NCBI GenBank assembly: GCA_963845515.1
Contig: CAWJSR010000055.1
Span: 147,534-211,533 of the forward strand
DNA: 64,000 bases
Direction of reading: 5' to 3'
Source: an uncultured delta proteobacterium
GTDB taxonomy: Bacteria; Myxococcota; Myxococcia; Myxococcales; Anaeromyxobacteraceae
Below the pieces are notes generated by a model. The model had not been told where the DNA came from and ran no database searches. It was given only the letters and a program-made list of their open reading frames with translations. Positions 1 through 7,868 of this stretch are shown one piece after another; the first letter of the stretch is position 1; each line of letters opens with the position of its first letter. The position numbers and the translations under genes were made by a program.

Positions 1-46
1 TGTCGAGAGCCTTACGTGGAGGATCTCAACGGTGAGGAGTAACTCA

Positions 47-1456
47 TCAGCGCGACGAGTCCTCCTCCGTCTTCACCACCTCGTCCTCGCCGTCCCTGCG
101 GATCCCGTAGCGCTTCATCTTGTTGTAGAGCGTGACGCGGTCGATGCCGAGGATGCGCGCAGATTGGCTCACGTTGCCGCCGGTGTGGGCGAGGACGGCC
201 GCGACGTGCCGCCGCTCCATGTCCTCGAGGGACGCGAGCGGGCCCGCCTTGGGCGCCGCCCCCTCCCCCTTCGCTTCGGTCCCGCCCATCCCCAGGTCGT
301 GGAGCTGCAGGACGGGCCCCTGCGCGACCACGGCGCCACGCTCGAGCACGTTCCGCAGCTCGCGGACGTTCCCTGGCCAGTCGTGCGCCATGATGGCCGC
401 CATCGCCTCGGACGAGATCCCGTCGAGCCGCTTCTTCATCTCCACCGCGAGCCGCTCCAGGATCGAGTCGACGAGGAGCGGCAGGTCCTCCCGGCGCTGG
501 CGCAGCGGCGGCAGCGTGATCGGGATGACGTTCAGCCGGTAGAAGAGGTCCTCGCGGAACTTGCCCTCCGCGACGGCCCGCCGCAGGTCCTTGTTGGTCG
601 CCGCGATGATCCTGACATCCACCTCGATGTTCTCGTTCCCGCCGATCCGGTGGAACTTGCGCTCCTCGAGGACCCGCAGGAGGTCGAGCTGTAGCTTCCC
701 GCCGATGTCGCCGATCTCGTCGAGGAAGAGCGTGCCGCCGTGGGCCGCCTCGAACTTCCCCTTCCGGCGCGCGGAGGCCCCCGTGAAGGACCCCTTCTCG
801 TGGCCGAAGAGCTCCGACTCGAGGAGGCTCTCGGTGAGCGCCGCGCACGACACGGCGACGAAGGCCCCCTCCGCTCGCGGGCTCTCGGCGTGGATGGACC
901 GGGCGAGGACCTCCTTGCCGGAGCCGCTCTCCCCGAGCACCAGGATCGTGGAGTTGGAGCGCGCGGCGGTCTTCGCCAGCTCGAAGACCGACTGCATCGC
1001 GGGGCTCTTCGAGACGAGGTCCCGGAAGCGGTACTCGCGCTTGAGCGCCTGGCGCAGGACCGCGTTCTCCCGCAGCAGGCTCTGCTGCGAGACGATCTTC
1101 TGCATCATCAGGGTGAGCTCCTCGGGGTCGAAGGGCTTCACCAGGTAGTCGTAGGCTCCCTTCTTCATGGCGGCCACGGCGGTGTCCACCGTCGCGTAGG
1201 CGGTCATGATGACGAAGGCGACGTCGGGCTGGATCTTCTTCGCCTCGTCAAGGACCTGCAGCCCGTCCATCCCGGGCATCTTGAGATCCGCGACGACGAT
1301 GGACCAGCGCTCCGCCTTGAGCTTCTGCACGGCGCTCGGGCCGTCGGGGGCGAGGGCGACGGTGTAGCCGTCCTTCTCCAGCCACCCTCCCAGCGACTCG
1401 CGGACGATCTCCTCGTCGTCCACCACCAGGATCCTCGTCCTATCATTGGTCGACAT
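47..1456 (-). CDS. Sigma54-dependent response regulator (NtrC/AtoC family: REC-AAA+-Fis HTH)
   Basis: REC 'ILVVDDE..DLKMPGMDG'; Walker A 'GESGSGKE'; 'GSFTGA' loop; 'FREDLFYRLNV'; 'WPGNVRELRN'; C-terminal HTH. Start taken at MSTNDR (1456). Confidence 0.95.
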   Translation of the reverse strand: MSTNDRTRILVVDDEEIVRESLGGWLEKDGYTVALAPDGPSAVQKLKAERWSIVVADLKMPGMDGLQVLDEAKKIQPDVAFVIMTAYATVDTAVAAMKKGAYDYLVKPFDPEELTLMMQKIVSQQSLLRENAVLRQALKREYRFRDLVSKSPAMQSVFELAKTAARSNSTILVLGESGSGKEVLARSIHAESPRAEGAFVAVSCAALTESLLESELFGHEKGSFTGASARRKGKFEAAHGGTLFLDEIGDIGGKLQLDLLRVLEERKFHRIGGNENIEVDVRIIAATNKDLRRAVAEGKFREDLFYRLNVIPITLPPLRQRREDLPLLVDSILERLAVEMKKRLDGISSEAMAAIMAHDWPGNVRELRNVLERGAVVAQGPVLQLHDLGMGGTEAKGEGAAPKAGPLASLEDMERRHVAAVLAHTGGNVSQSARILGIDRVTLYNKMKRYGIRRDGEDEVVKTEEDSSR

Positions 1457-1458
1457 GG

Positions 1459-2004
1459 CTAGTTCCCTCCTCGCGCTTCCCAGAGCCTCGCGGCGCAGTC
1501 CTCGCAGAGCTCCGCCCGTTTGGAATCGACGTCGTGGACGCCGCCGCTCCGACCCATCACGCAGACCGGCGTCGCGCAGTGCATCAGCCCGAAGACGTGG
1601 CCGAGCTCGTGGACGGCCTCCTTCACCAGCCGGTCCTCCAGGAGCTTCGGGCCGGCCAGCTCCACGTCCTCCATCAGCCGCGCGGTCGAGACCACCGCCA
1701 CCCGCCCGCCCAGCTGGGCCTCGCCGAACACGTAGGTGAGGATCGGGATGAAGAGATCCTTGTCGGTGATCCCCAGGAGCCGGCCGCCGCCGGGTCCCGC
1801 GTCCAGGAGCCACTTCAGCACCTTCCCGGAGGCCCACTGGTTGCGCCGCGGGTCGTACGCGTCGGCCGGGCGCTCGCGACCTTCCCAGAGCGCGACCGGG
1901 ATGTCGAAGAGCCCGACGAGGGCGAGGCGCAGGTGATCCATCAAGGCTGGATCCACCTCCCTCTCACCAATCCACCAGAGGAAGATCGGCTCCTCGCCGT
2001 CCAT
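1459..2004 (-). CDS. Archaemetzincin-family Zn metalloprotease (peptidase M54)
   Basis: HELGHVFGLMHC-x4-CVM...CEDC is the metzincin zinc motif plus the Cys4 site; 'YVFGEAQLGGRVAVVSTARL'. Confidence 0.9.
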   Translation of the reverse strand: MDGEEPIFLWWIGEREVDPALMDHLRLALVGLFDIPVALWEGRERPADAYDPRRNQWASGKVLKWLLDAGPGGGRLLGITDKDLFIPILTYVFGEAQLGGRVAVVSTARLMEDVELAGPKLLEDRLVKEAVHELGHVFGLMHCATPVCVMGRSGGVHDVDSKRAELCEDCAARLWEARGGN

Positions 2005-2039
2005 GACCTCTCCCCGGGGTGTGTGCAGTCGAAAGTCCT

Positions 2040-2078
2040 CCCCTCTCCCCCACCGGGGGAGAGGGCGGGGTGAGGGGG
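2040..2078. repeat. REP-like palindrome, copy 1
   Basis: ccctctccccc-acc-gggggagaggg followed by cggggtgagggg. Confidence 0.8.
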
Positions 2079-2091
2079 CAGCCGTGGCGCA

Positions 2092-3813
2092 TCACGCCCT
2101 GCGCTCCCCGGCGGCGTGCACCGGGAGCCGGATGGCCACCCGGGTCCCCTTGCCCGGCTCGGACGTCAGATCTATGTGGCCTCCGTGGCGCTCGATGATG
2201 CCATAGACGACCGAGAGGCCGAGGCCGGTCCCCTTCTCCTTCGTGGTGAAGAACGGGTCGAAGACGTGCGCCATCACCTCCGGCGTGATCCCGGGGCCGC
2301 TGTCGGAGATGGCGATCTCCACCTCGTGACCGTCCTTCACCACCGAGGTGTCGATCGTCAGCTTCCCGCCGAGCGCCATCGCCTCGCAGGCGTTCATGAT
2401 GACGTTGACGATCGCCTGCCGAAGCTGGCCGAAGTCGCCGTCGACCCTCGGGAGGGGCTGGCTGTTCCGCTCGACGCGCACGTTCTGGATCCCGAGCTGG
2501 TTGGCGAGGAGCTGGAGCGCCTCCTCGACGACCCCCGACGGATCGATCTCGGCCACCGCCAGCGGCCGCTCGCGCGCGAAGTCCAGGAGGTTGCGGACGA
2601 TGGCGGTGCAGCGCTCCGCCTCGCGCTCCACCAGGTGGAGGTTCTTCACGAGGGTCTTGCGCGTGGCGTCGTCGGGGGTGCCGGCGTCGAGCGTCCGGAC
2701 GAGCAGCTTCGCGAAGGTGAGGATGCCCGCGAGCGGGTTGTTGATCTCGTGGGCGATCGAGGCGGAGAGCTTGCCGAGCGACGAGAGCTTCTCGCTCCGG
2801 ATCAGCTGGTCCTGCGCCGTCCGGAGGGCGGCGGTCCGGTCCTCGACCTTCCGCTCGAGGACCGCCATCAGCGCCTTCAGCTCCTCCTCCGTCTGGCGGA
2901 GCGAGCGCGTCATGTCGTTGAAGGAGGTGGCGAGCAGCCCCAGCTCGCCGGACCAGGTGACGGGGATCTCGATGTCGAGCTGGTCGCGCGCGACGCGGCG
3001 GGTCGCCTGGACGAGCGAGGCCACCGGCATCACGACGTGTGCTCGCGTGAAGAGCCAGAAGCCGACGCCCAGCAGCCCGGCGATGAGCGCAGCCACCACG
3101 AGCGACTCCCAGCGGAACGAGGCCGCCGCCAGGTCGGCCCGCTCCAGCGAGATCTCAACGTCGAGCACCCCGAGGACCTTCTGGTCGGTCGGGTGGGCGT
3201 GGCAGGCGGCGGAGGAGCAGGCCGCCTCGTTGTAGAGGGGGGCGACGATCCCCAGGATCCGGTGGCTCGGCCCCGCGAACGTGCGCGTCCGCTCCTTCAG
3301 CGACGGGTGGGAGAGCGCCTCCCCCTCGGCGTGGCAGAGCGAGCAGGCCTCCGCGTTCCGGTCGACGAGCTGGTCGATCTCGCCGCGGTCGGTCGAGAAG
3401 GTGACGCGCCCGTTCGCGTCCATCATGCGCACCTTCTCGATGCCGTTCTGGCGCGCGACGTCCTCCATGATGACGTAGGCGTCGGGGCGGCGATCCTGGA
3501 GCATGGCCCGGTGGATCGAGCTGCGCAGCGTGGAGGAGAGCAGGTCCGACTCCTCGGCCACCTGCTCCTGGAGCCTGGACTGGACGCGGAATTCGGCGAT
3601 GGCGAAGGCGCCCACCGTCGCGAGGCTGGCGACGACGATCCCGCCCATCATCCGGACCGAGAGCCGCTGGTGCCAGGGGATGACGAAGCCGACGTCGCTC
3701 AGCGTGCTCGGCCGGATGGCGCGCGCGAGCCGATCCATCTGACCGGCCTCGCCGCCGGCGCCGCCCGGAGGGGACGCCGCCGCTGGTCGCGCGGGCTGCG
3801 CTGGGTCGGACAC
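2092..3813 (-). CDS. Membrane sensor histidine kinase with periplasmic heme c motifs (HAMP-HisKA-HATPase)
   Basis: Two TM segments; CSLCH and CSSAACH between them; H-box 'AHEINNPL'; 'DPFFTTKEKGTGLGLS'. Start uncertain (3813 GTG or 3738 ATG). Confidence 0.92.
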   Translation of the reverse strand: MSDPAQPARPAAASPPGGAGGEAGQMDRLARAIRPSTLSDVGFVIPWHQRLSVRMMGGIVVASLATVGAFAIAEFRVQSRLQEQVAEESDLLSSTLRSSIHRAMLQDRRPDAYVIMEDVARQNGIEKVRMMDANGRVTFSTDRGEIDQLVDRNAEACSLCHAEGEALSHPSLKERTRTFAGPSHRILGIVAPLYNEAACSSAACHAHPTDQKVLGVLDVEISLERADLAAASFRWESLVVAALIAGLLGVGFWLFTRAHVVMPVASLVQATRRVARDQLDIEIPVTWSGELGLLATSFNDMTRSLRQTEEELKALMAVLERKVEDRTAALRTAQDQLIRSEKLSSLGKLSASIAHEINNPLAGILTFAKLLVRTLDAGTPDDATRKTLVKNLHLVEREAERCTAIVRNLLDFARERPLAVAEIDPSGVVEEALQLLANQLGIQNVRVERNSQPLPRVDGDFGQLRQAIVNVIMNACEAMALGGKLTIDTSVVKDGHEVEIAISDSGPGITPEVMAHVFDPFFTTKEKGTGLGLSVVYGIIERHGGHIDLTSEPGKGTRVAIRLPVHAAGERRA

Positions 3814-3879
3814 CTTGCCCCCTGCTGGAGAGTGCGCATCACTGGACGTGCACGAACATCGTCATCCATCGTACCAGCG

Positions 3880-3912
3880 TTGAACATTGCTACTCATCAA
3901 CCCATTGTTCAA
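3880..3912. promoter_or_regulatory. AT-rich inverted repeat in the divergent kinase/purU promoter region
   Basis: ttgaacattg-N13-cattgttcaa (9 of 10 positions complementary). Confidence 0.4.
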
Positions 3913-3983
3913 TTTCTCGTCGGTGTGCGTGCTCGCGCACCCGAAGGATTGACCCACTGCCGGATCCTGCTAGAGATCGCCCC

Positions 3984-4845
3984 GTGACAGACCCCCGCGC
4001 CGTCCTCCTCGTACAGTGCGCCGATCGGCCAGGCCTCATCGCGGCCATCTCATCCTTCCTCTTCAGGCACGGCGCGAACATCATCGACTTCGACCAGCAC
4101 ACCTCGTCGGAGAACGGCGGCGTCTACTTCACGCGGCTCGAGTTCCAGACCGGCAAGGTCGACCTGCCCCTGGACGACCTCACGAAGGCCTTCGAGCTGG
4201 ACGTCGCGCGCCCGTTCGCCATGGACTGGCGGCTGACCGACTCCACGCGGCGTAAGCGGGTCGCGGTGCTGGTGTCGAAGCACGACCACGCGATGCTGGA
4301 GCTGCTCTGGACCTGGAAGCGTGGCGACCTGCACGCGGACGTCACCACCGTCATCTCGAATCACCCCGACCTCGAGGACGCGGTCCGCGGGTTCGGCGTC
4401 CCCTTCCTGCACGTCCCGAACTCGAAGGAGACGCGCGCGGCCGCCGAGGAGAGGATCCAGGGGGCGCTCGAGGGCAAGGCCGACCTGGTGGTCCTCGCGC
4501 GCTACATGCAGATCGTCTCGGCCGACTTCGTCCGGCGCTGGCCCCACCGGATCATCAACATCCACCACTCCTTCCTCCCGGCCTTCATCGGCGCGGATCC
4601 GTATCGGCAGGCCTACGACCGCGGCGTGAAGGTCGTCGGGGCGACCGCCCACTACGTGACGGAGGAGCTGGACGCCGGGCCGATCATCGACCAGGACGTC
4701 GGCCGTGTGACCCACCGTGACGAGGTGGAGGATCTCGAAGTCGATCGGCCGCGACCTCGAGCGCCGCGTGCTGGTCCGCGCGGTGCGCTGGCACTGCGAG
4801 GACCGCGTGATCGTCCACGGGAACAAGACGGTGGTGTTCGCGTAG
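3984..4845 (+). CDS. purU: Formyltetrahydrofolate deformylase; one-base frameshift near 4737
   Basis: ACT domain '[12 protein letters not shown]'; 'LARYMQI'; '[18 protein letters not shown]'; '[15 protein letters not shown]'. The C-terminus '[10 protein letters not shown]' lies in a shifted frame. Confidence 0.93.
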
Positions 4846-4865
4846 ACGCCGTACCCGTGGTCGCT

Positions 4866-4904
4866 CCCTCACCCTTCCCCTCTCCCTCGATGAGGGAGAG
4901 GGGA
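4866..4904. repeat. REP-like palindrome, copy 2 (reverse orientation)
   Basis: ccctcaccct-tcccctctccctc-gat-gagggagagggga, between convergent genes. Confidence 0.8.
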
Positions 4905-4941
4905 CGTCACCATGGGTGGGACCTTCGCCTCGCGAGCGACG

Positions 4942-5499
4942 TCAGCTGTCGTCGTCCACGCACGGCGAGGCCTCGGCGGTGCCGAAGCACGCGTCGATCG
5001 CCGCCTTCGCGGCCTCGCGGGTGGCGGCGCTCTCGGCACCGCGCGTCGAGAGCTGGCTGACGAGCAGATCGCACCCCTCACCACCGAAGCACTGGTCGCA
5101 CCAGGTCTCGGGGTGGTTCTTGTAGAAGCCGGGGCTGCAGTCGGCCGTCGCCGGCCCGCAGCCGGGCGCGTCGACCTCGATGACGCCGAAGTCGACCTGC
5201 CAGGTGGGCTCGCCGCAGAACGCGGCCCCGAGGTCGAGGATCCCGTCTCCGGCCGCCGTCAGGTCGAGGCTGGACGAGTACGTGCCCGGAGCGACGAAGG
5301 AGGTGAAGCTGCCGCTCTCGCCAGTGTCCGCCGATACCGTCCCGCCGTCGCCGGTGAGCGTCACCGTCACGCCGGACACTGGAGCGAGCGTGCCGACGCA
5401 GACGACGGCGCCCTGGACGTAGCAGGCCCAGGCCGCGGTGCCCCACGTCATCACGCTCACCACTGCTGCAGCCAGGATTCCTCGAATCAAGCCGGTCAT
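4942..5499 (-). CDS. Secreted Cys-rich hypothetical protein (prealbumin/carboxypeptidase-regulatory-like beta domain)
   Basis: Signal peptide ending 'AAWA'; GGAGGA ribosome-binding site; 'GVTVTLT...TGESGSF'; 'CSPGFYKNHPETW'. Confidence 0.65.
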   Translation of the reverse strand: MTGLIRGILAAAVVSVMTWGTAAWACYVQGAVVCVGTLAPVSGVTVTLTGDGGTVSADTGESGSFTSFVAPGTYSSSLDLTAAGDGILDLGAAFCGEPTWQVDFGVIEVDAPGCGPATADCSPGFYKNHPETWCDQCFGGEGCDLLVSQLSTRGAESAATREAAKAAIDACFGTAEASPCVDDDS

Positions 5500-5669
5500 G
5501 TGGTCCTCCCCCTCTATTGAATGCGCGCTAGCGATCAACGCGTGTGGGGAGATTACCGCCATGTAGGACAGCCCAGGGTCGGCTCAAATGAGCGGTGGTG
5601 GCCGTTCTTGTGGGCTCACCTGAAATTGGAGCCCCGTCCAGGGATCGGACCGAGGGGGGAGCTCGCCGT

Positions 5670-6635
5670 TCACTCCCCCTTGGCCTTCACGATCGCCTCG
5701 TCCTCCGGGATGTCGCGGCGCGACCGCCAGATCGAGAGGCCGATCGCGCCGCCGAGCAGCAGGACCACCACGGTGAGCGAGGCGAGCGACGGGACGTGGA
5801 CCCAGCGCGACGCCAGCATCTTCCCGCCGATGAAGACGAGCACCGCGGAGAGGCCGTACTCGAGGTAGGCGAAGCGATCCATCATCCGGGCGACCGCGAA
5901 GAAGAGCGAGCGGAGCCCCAGGATGGCGAAGATGTTCGACGTGAAGACGATGAACGGGTCGAGCGTCACGCCGAAGATGGCCGGGATCGAGTCGAGCGCG
6001 AAGACGACGTCCGAGATCTCGATCATCGCGAGGGCGAGGAAGAGCGGCGTGGCGACCCAGCGCGCCCCCTCCCGCACGAAGAACGCGTGGCCGTGGTAGG
6101 TGCTCGTCGACGGCACGATCCTGCGCAGCGTCCGGAAGGCCCAGCTCTTCTCGGGGTGCGGCTCGTCCTCCTCCTTGCGGAGCGCGAGCCGCACGCCGGT
6201 CACCACCAGGAACGCCCCGAACACGTAGATGAGCCAGTCGAACCGGGCGAGCAGCGCGGTGCCGCCCAGGATCATCGCGGCGCGCAGCACGATCGCGCTG
6301 AGGATTCCCCAGAACAGGACCCGGTGCTGGTAGATCGCCGGCACCGCGAAGGCGTTGAAGAGCAGGATGAAGACGAAGAGGTTGTCGACCGAGAGCGACT
6401 CCTCGATCAGGTAGCCCGTGAGGAACTCGAGCGCCTTCCCCGCGCCGTACCGCCACCAGATCCAGCCGTCGAAGAGGAGCGCCAGCCCGATCCAGACCGC
6501 CGTCCAGCGGATGGCGGAGCGCGTGGAGACGACCTCGTCCTTCCGATGGACCAGGAGGAGGTCGACCGTCAGGAGGACGAGGATGAGCAGGATGAAGCCC
6601 GCCCAGAGGAGCGGGGGCGCTGCGATGGGGGTCAT
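5670..6635 (-). CDS. TerC/Alx family metal homeostasis membrane protein
   Basis: 'EFLTGYLIEESLSVDNLFVF'; 'QHRVLFWGI'; 'DVVFALDSIPAIFGVT'; 'SNIFAILGLRSL'. Confidence 0.95.
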   Translation of the reverse strand: MTPIAAPPLLWAGFILLILVLLTVDLLLVHRKDEVVSTRSAIRWTAVWIGLALLFDGWIWWRYGAGKALEFLTGYLIEESLSVDNLFVFILLFNAFAVPAIYQHRVLFWGILSAIVLRAAMILGGTALLARFDWLIYVFGAFLVVTGVRLALRKEEDEPHPEKSWAFRTLRRIVPSTSTYHGHAFFVREGARWVATPLFLALAMIEISDVVFALDSIPAIFGVTLDPFIVFTSNIFAILGLRSLFFAVARMMDRFAYLEYGLSAVLVFIGGKMLASRWVHVPSLASLTVVVLLLGGAIGLSIWRSRRDIPEDEAIVKAKGE

Positions 6636-6743
6636 CTGTGGTTCCTCGTTCGAGCCGTCTTCTATGGCGATAGCGCCCCGAAGGACATGAGAATCTTTGC
6701 CTTGTGCGCTAGAAGTGTCGTGATCCTCCGCCGCGCCCACGCC

Positions 6744-7868
6744 ATGAACCGCCACGCCAGCATCGCCCTTCCCGCGGCCGCACTCCTGGCCATCCTCCCC
6801 GCCCTCGCGACGATCGGCGGATGCAAGGGCGACGCCGACGCCGGCCCCAGGCCCACGCGCCCCGTCTCCGTCCGGATGGCCGCTGCCGTCGAGAAGAGCG
6901 CGCCGGTGGAGGTCCACTCTGTCGGCAGGATCGTCTCCAACCGCTCGGTCGCCCTCAAGCCGCAGGTCTCGGGCCTCCTCGTCGCGGCCCGCTTCACCGA
7001 AGGTCAGCGCGTCGCGGAGGGGCAGGTGCTCCTCGAGATCGACCGCCGCCCCTACGCCGCTGCGCTGGCCGAGGCGAGCGCCCGGCGCGACCAGGAGCGG
7101 GCGCGGGCCGCCAACCTGAGGGCCGAGGCGACCCGCCTCGCCGAGCTCGCCGCCAGGGAGCTGATCGGGAAGCAGGAGTTCGAGACGGCGAACGCGAACG
7201 CCGCCGCCGCCGAGGCCGGCGCCGCCGCGACCGAGGCGGCCGTCCAGCGCGCCGAGCTGAACCTCTCCTGGTGCACCATCCGCGCGCCGATCTCGGGCCG
7301 GACCGGCCGGCTCCTGGTCCAGCCGGGAAACCTCGTCTCGGCCACCAGCACCGATCCGATCGTCACCATCGAGCAGACCCGGCCGGTCTTCGCGTCCTTC
7401 ACCATCCCCGAGCGCCACCTCTCGCTGCTGCGCCAGCGCGGCAAGGCGCAGGCGGTGGAGGTGCGGACGAGCGGCGGCACCGCCGTGACCGGCGCAGTCG
7501 ACTTCGTCGACAACGCCGTGGACCCGTCGACGGGCACCATCCTCCTCAAGGCGCGGATCGCCAACGACGACGAGGCGCTCTGGCCAGGCCAGATCGTCGA
7601 GATCAAGGTGGCCCTCGCCGAGCGGGCGAAGGCGATCGTGGTCCCGGCCTCCGCCGTGTCGCAGGGGCAGCAAGGCGACTACGTCTTCGTCGTGAAGGGC
7701 GACCGGACCGTCGAGCTCCGGACGGTCTCCGTCGACCAGATCCTCGGCGACGAGGCGGTCGTCGGGCGCGGCGTCGCGGTGGGCGAGACCGTGGTCACGG
7801 AGGGGCAGCTGAAGCTGGTGCCCGGGGCGAAGGTCGAACCGGCGGACAAGGCGCCGGAGGGCAAGTGA
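6744..7868 (+). CDS. RND efflux periplasmic adaptor (MFP, MdtA-like lipoprotein)
   Basis: Lipobox 'IGGC'; 'IRAPISGRTG'; 'DNAVDPSTGTI'; 'LWPGQ'. Confidence 0.93.
   Translation: MNRHASIALPAAALLAILPALATIGGCKGDADAGPRPTRPVSVRMAAAVEKSAPVEVHSVGRIVSNRSVALKPQVSGLLVAARFTEGQRVAEGQVLLEIDRRPYAAALAEASARRDQERARAANLRAEATRLAELAARELIGKQEFETANANAAAAEAGAAATEAAVQRAELNLSWCTIRAPISGRTGRLLVQPGNLVSATSTDPIVTIEQTRPVFASFTIPERHLSLLRQRGKAQAVEVRTSGGTAVTGAVDFVDNAVDPSTGTILLKARIANDDEALWPGQIVEIKVALAERAKAIVVPASAVSQGQQGDYVFVVKGDRTVELRTVSVDQILGDEAVVGRGVAVGETVVTEGQLKLVPGAKVEPADKAPEGK

Noticed and set aside
12..47. Short ORF (MSYSSPLRSST) overlapping the regulator stop codon
   Set aside because: It is only 11 codons at the window edge, with no supporting evidence.
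6636..6743. Possible yybP-ykoY (Mn2+) riboswitch upstream of the TerC gene
   Set aside because: The short leader lacks the GGGGAGUA and CAAUAC-type conserved elements on the coding strand.
5595..7868. Apparent long N-terminal extensions on TerC, MFP, aguB, fumarase and aminotransferase ORFs
   Set aside because: The extensions overlap opposite-strand genes; family-typical starts lie downstream.
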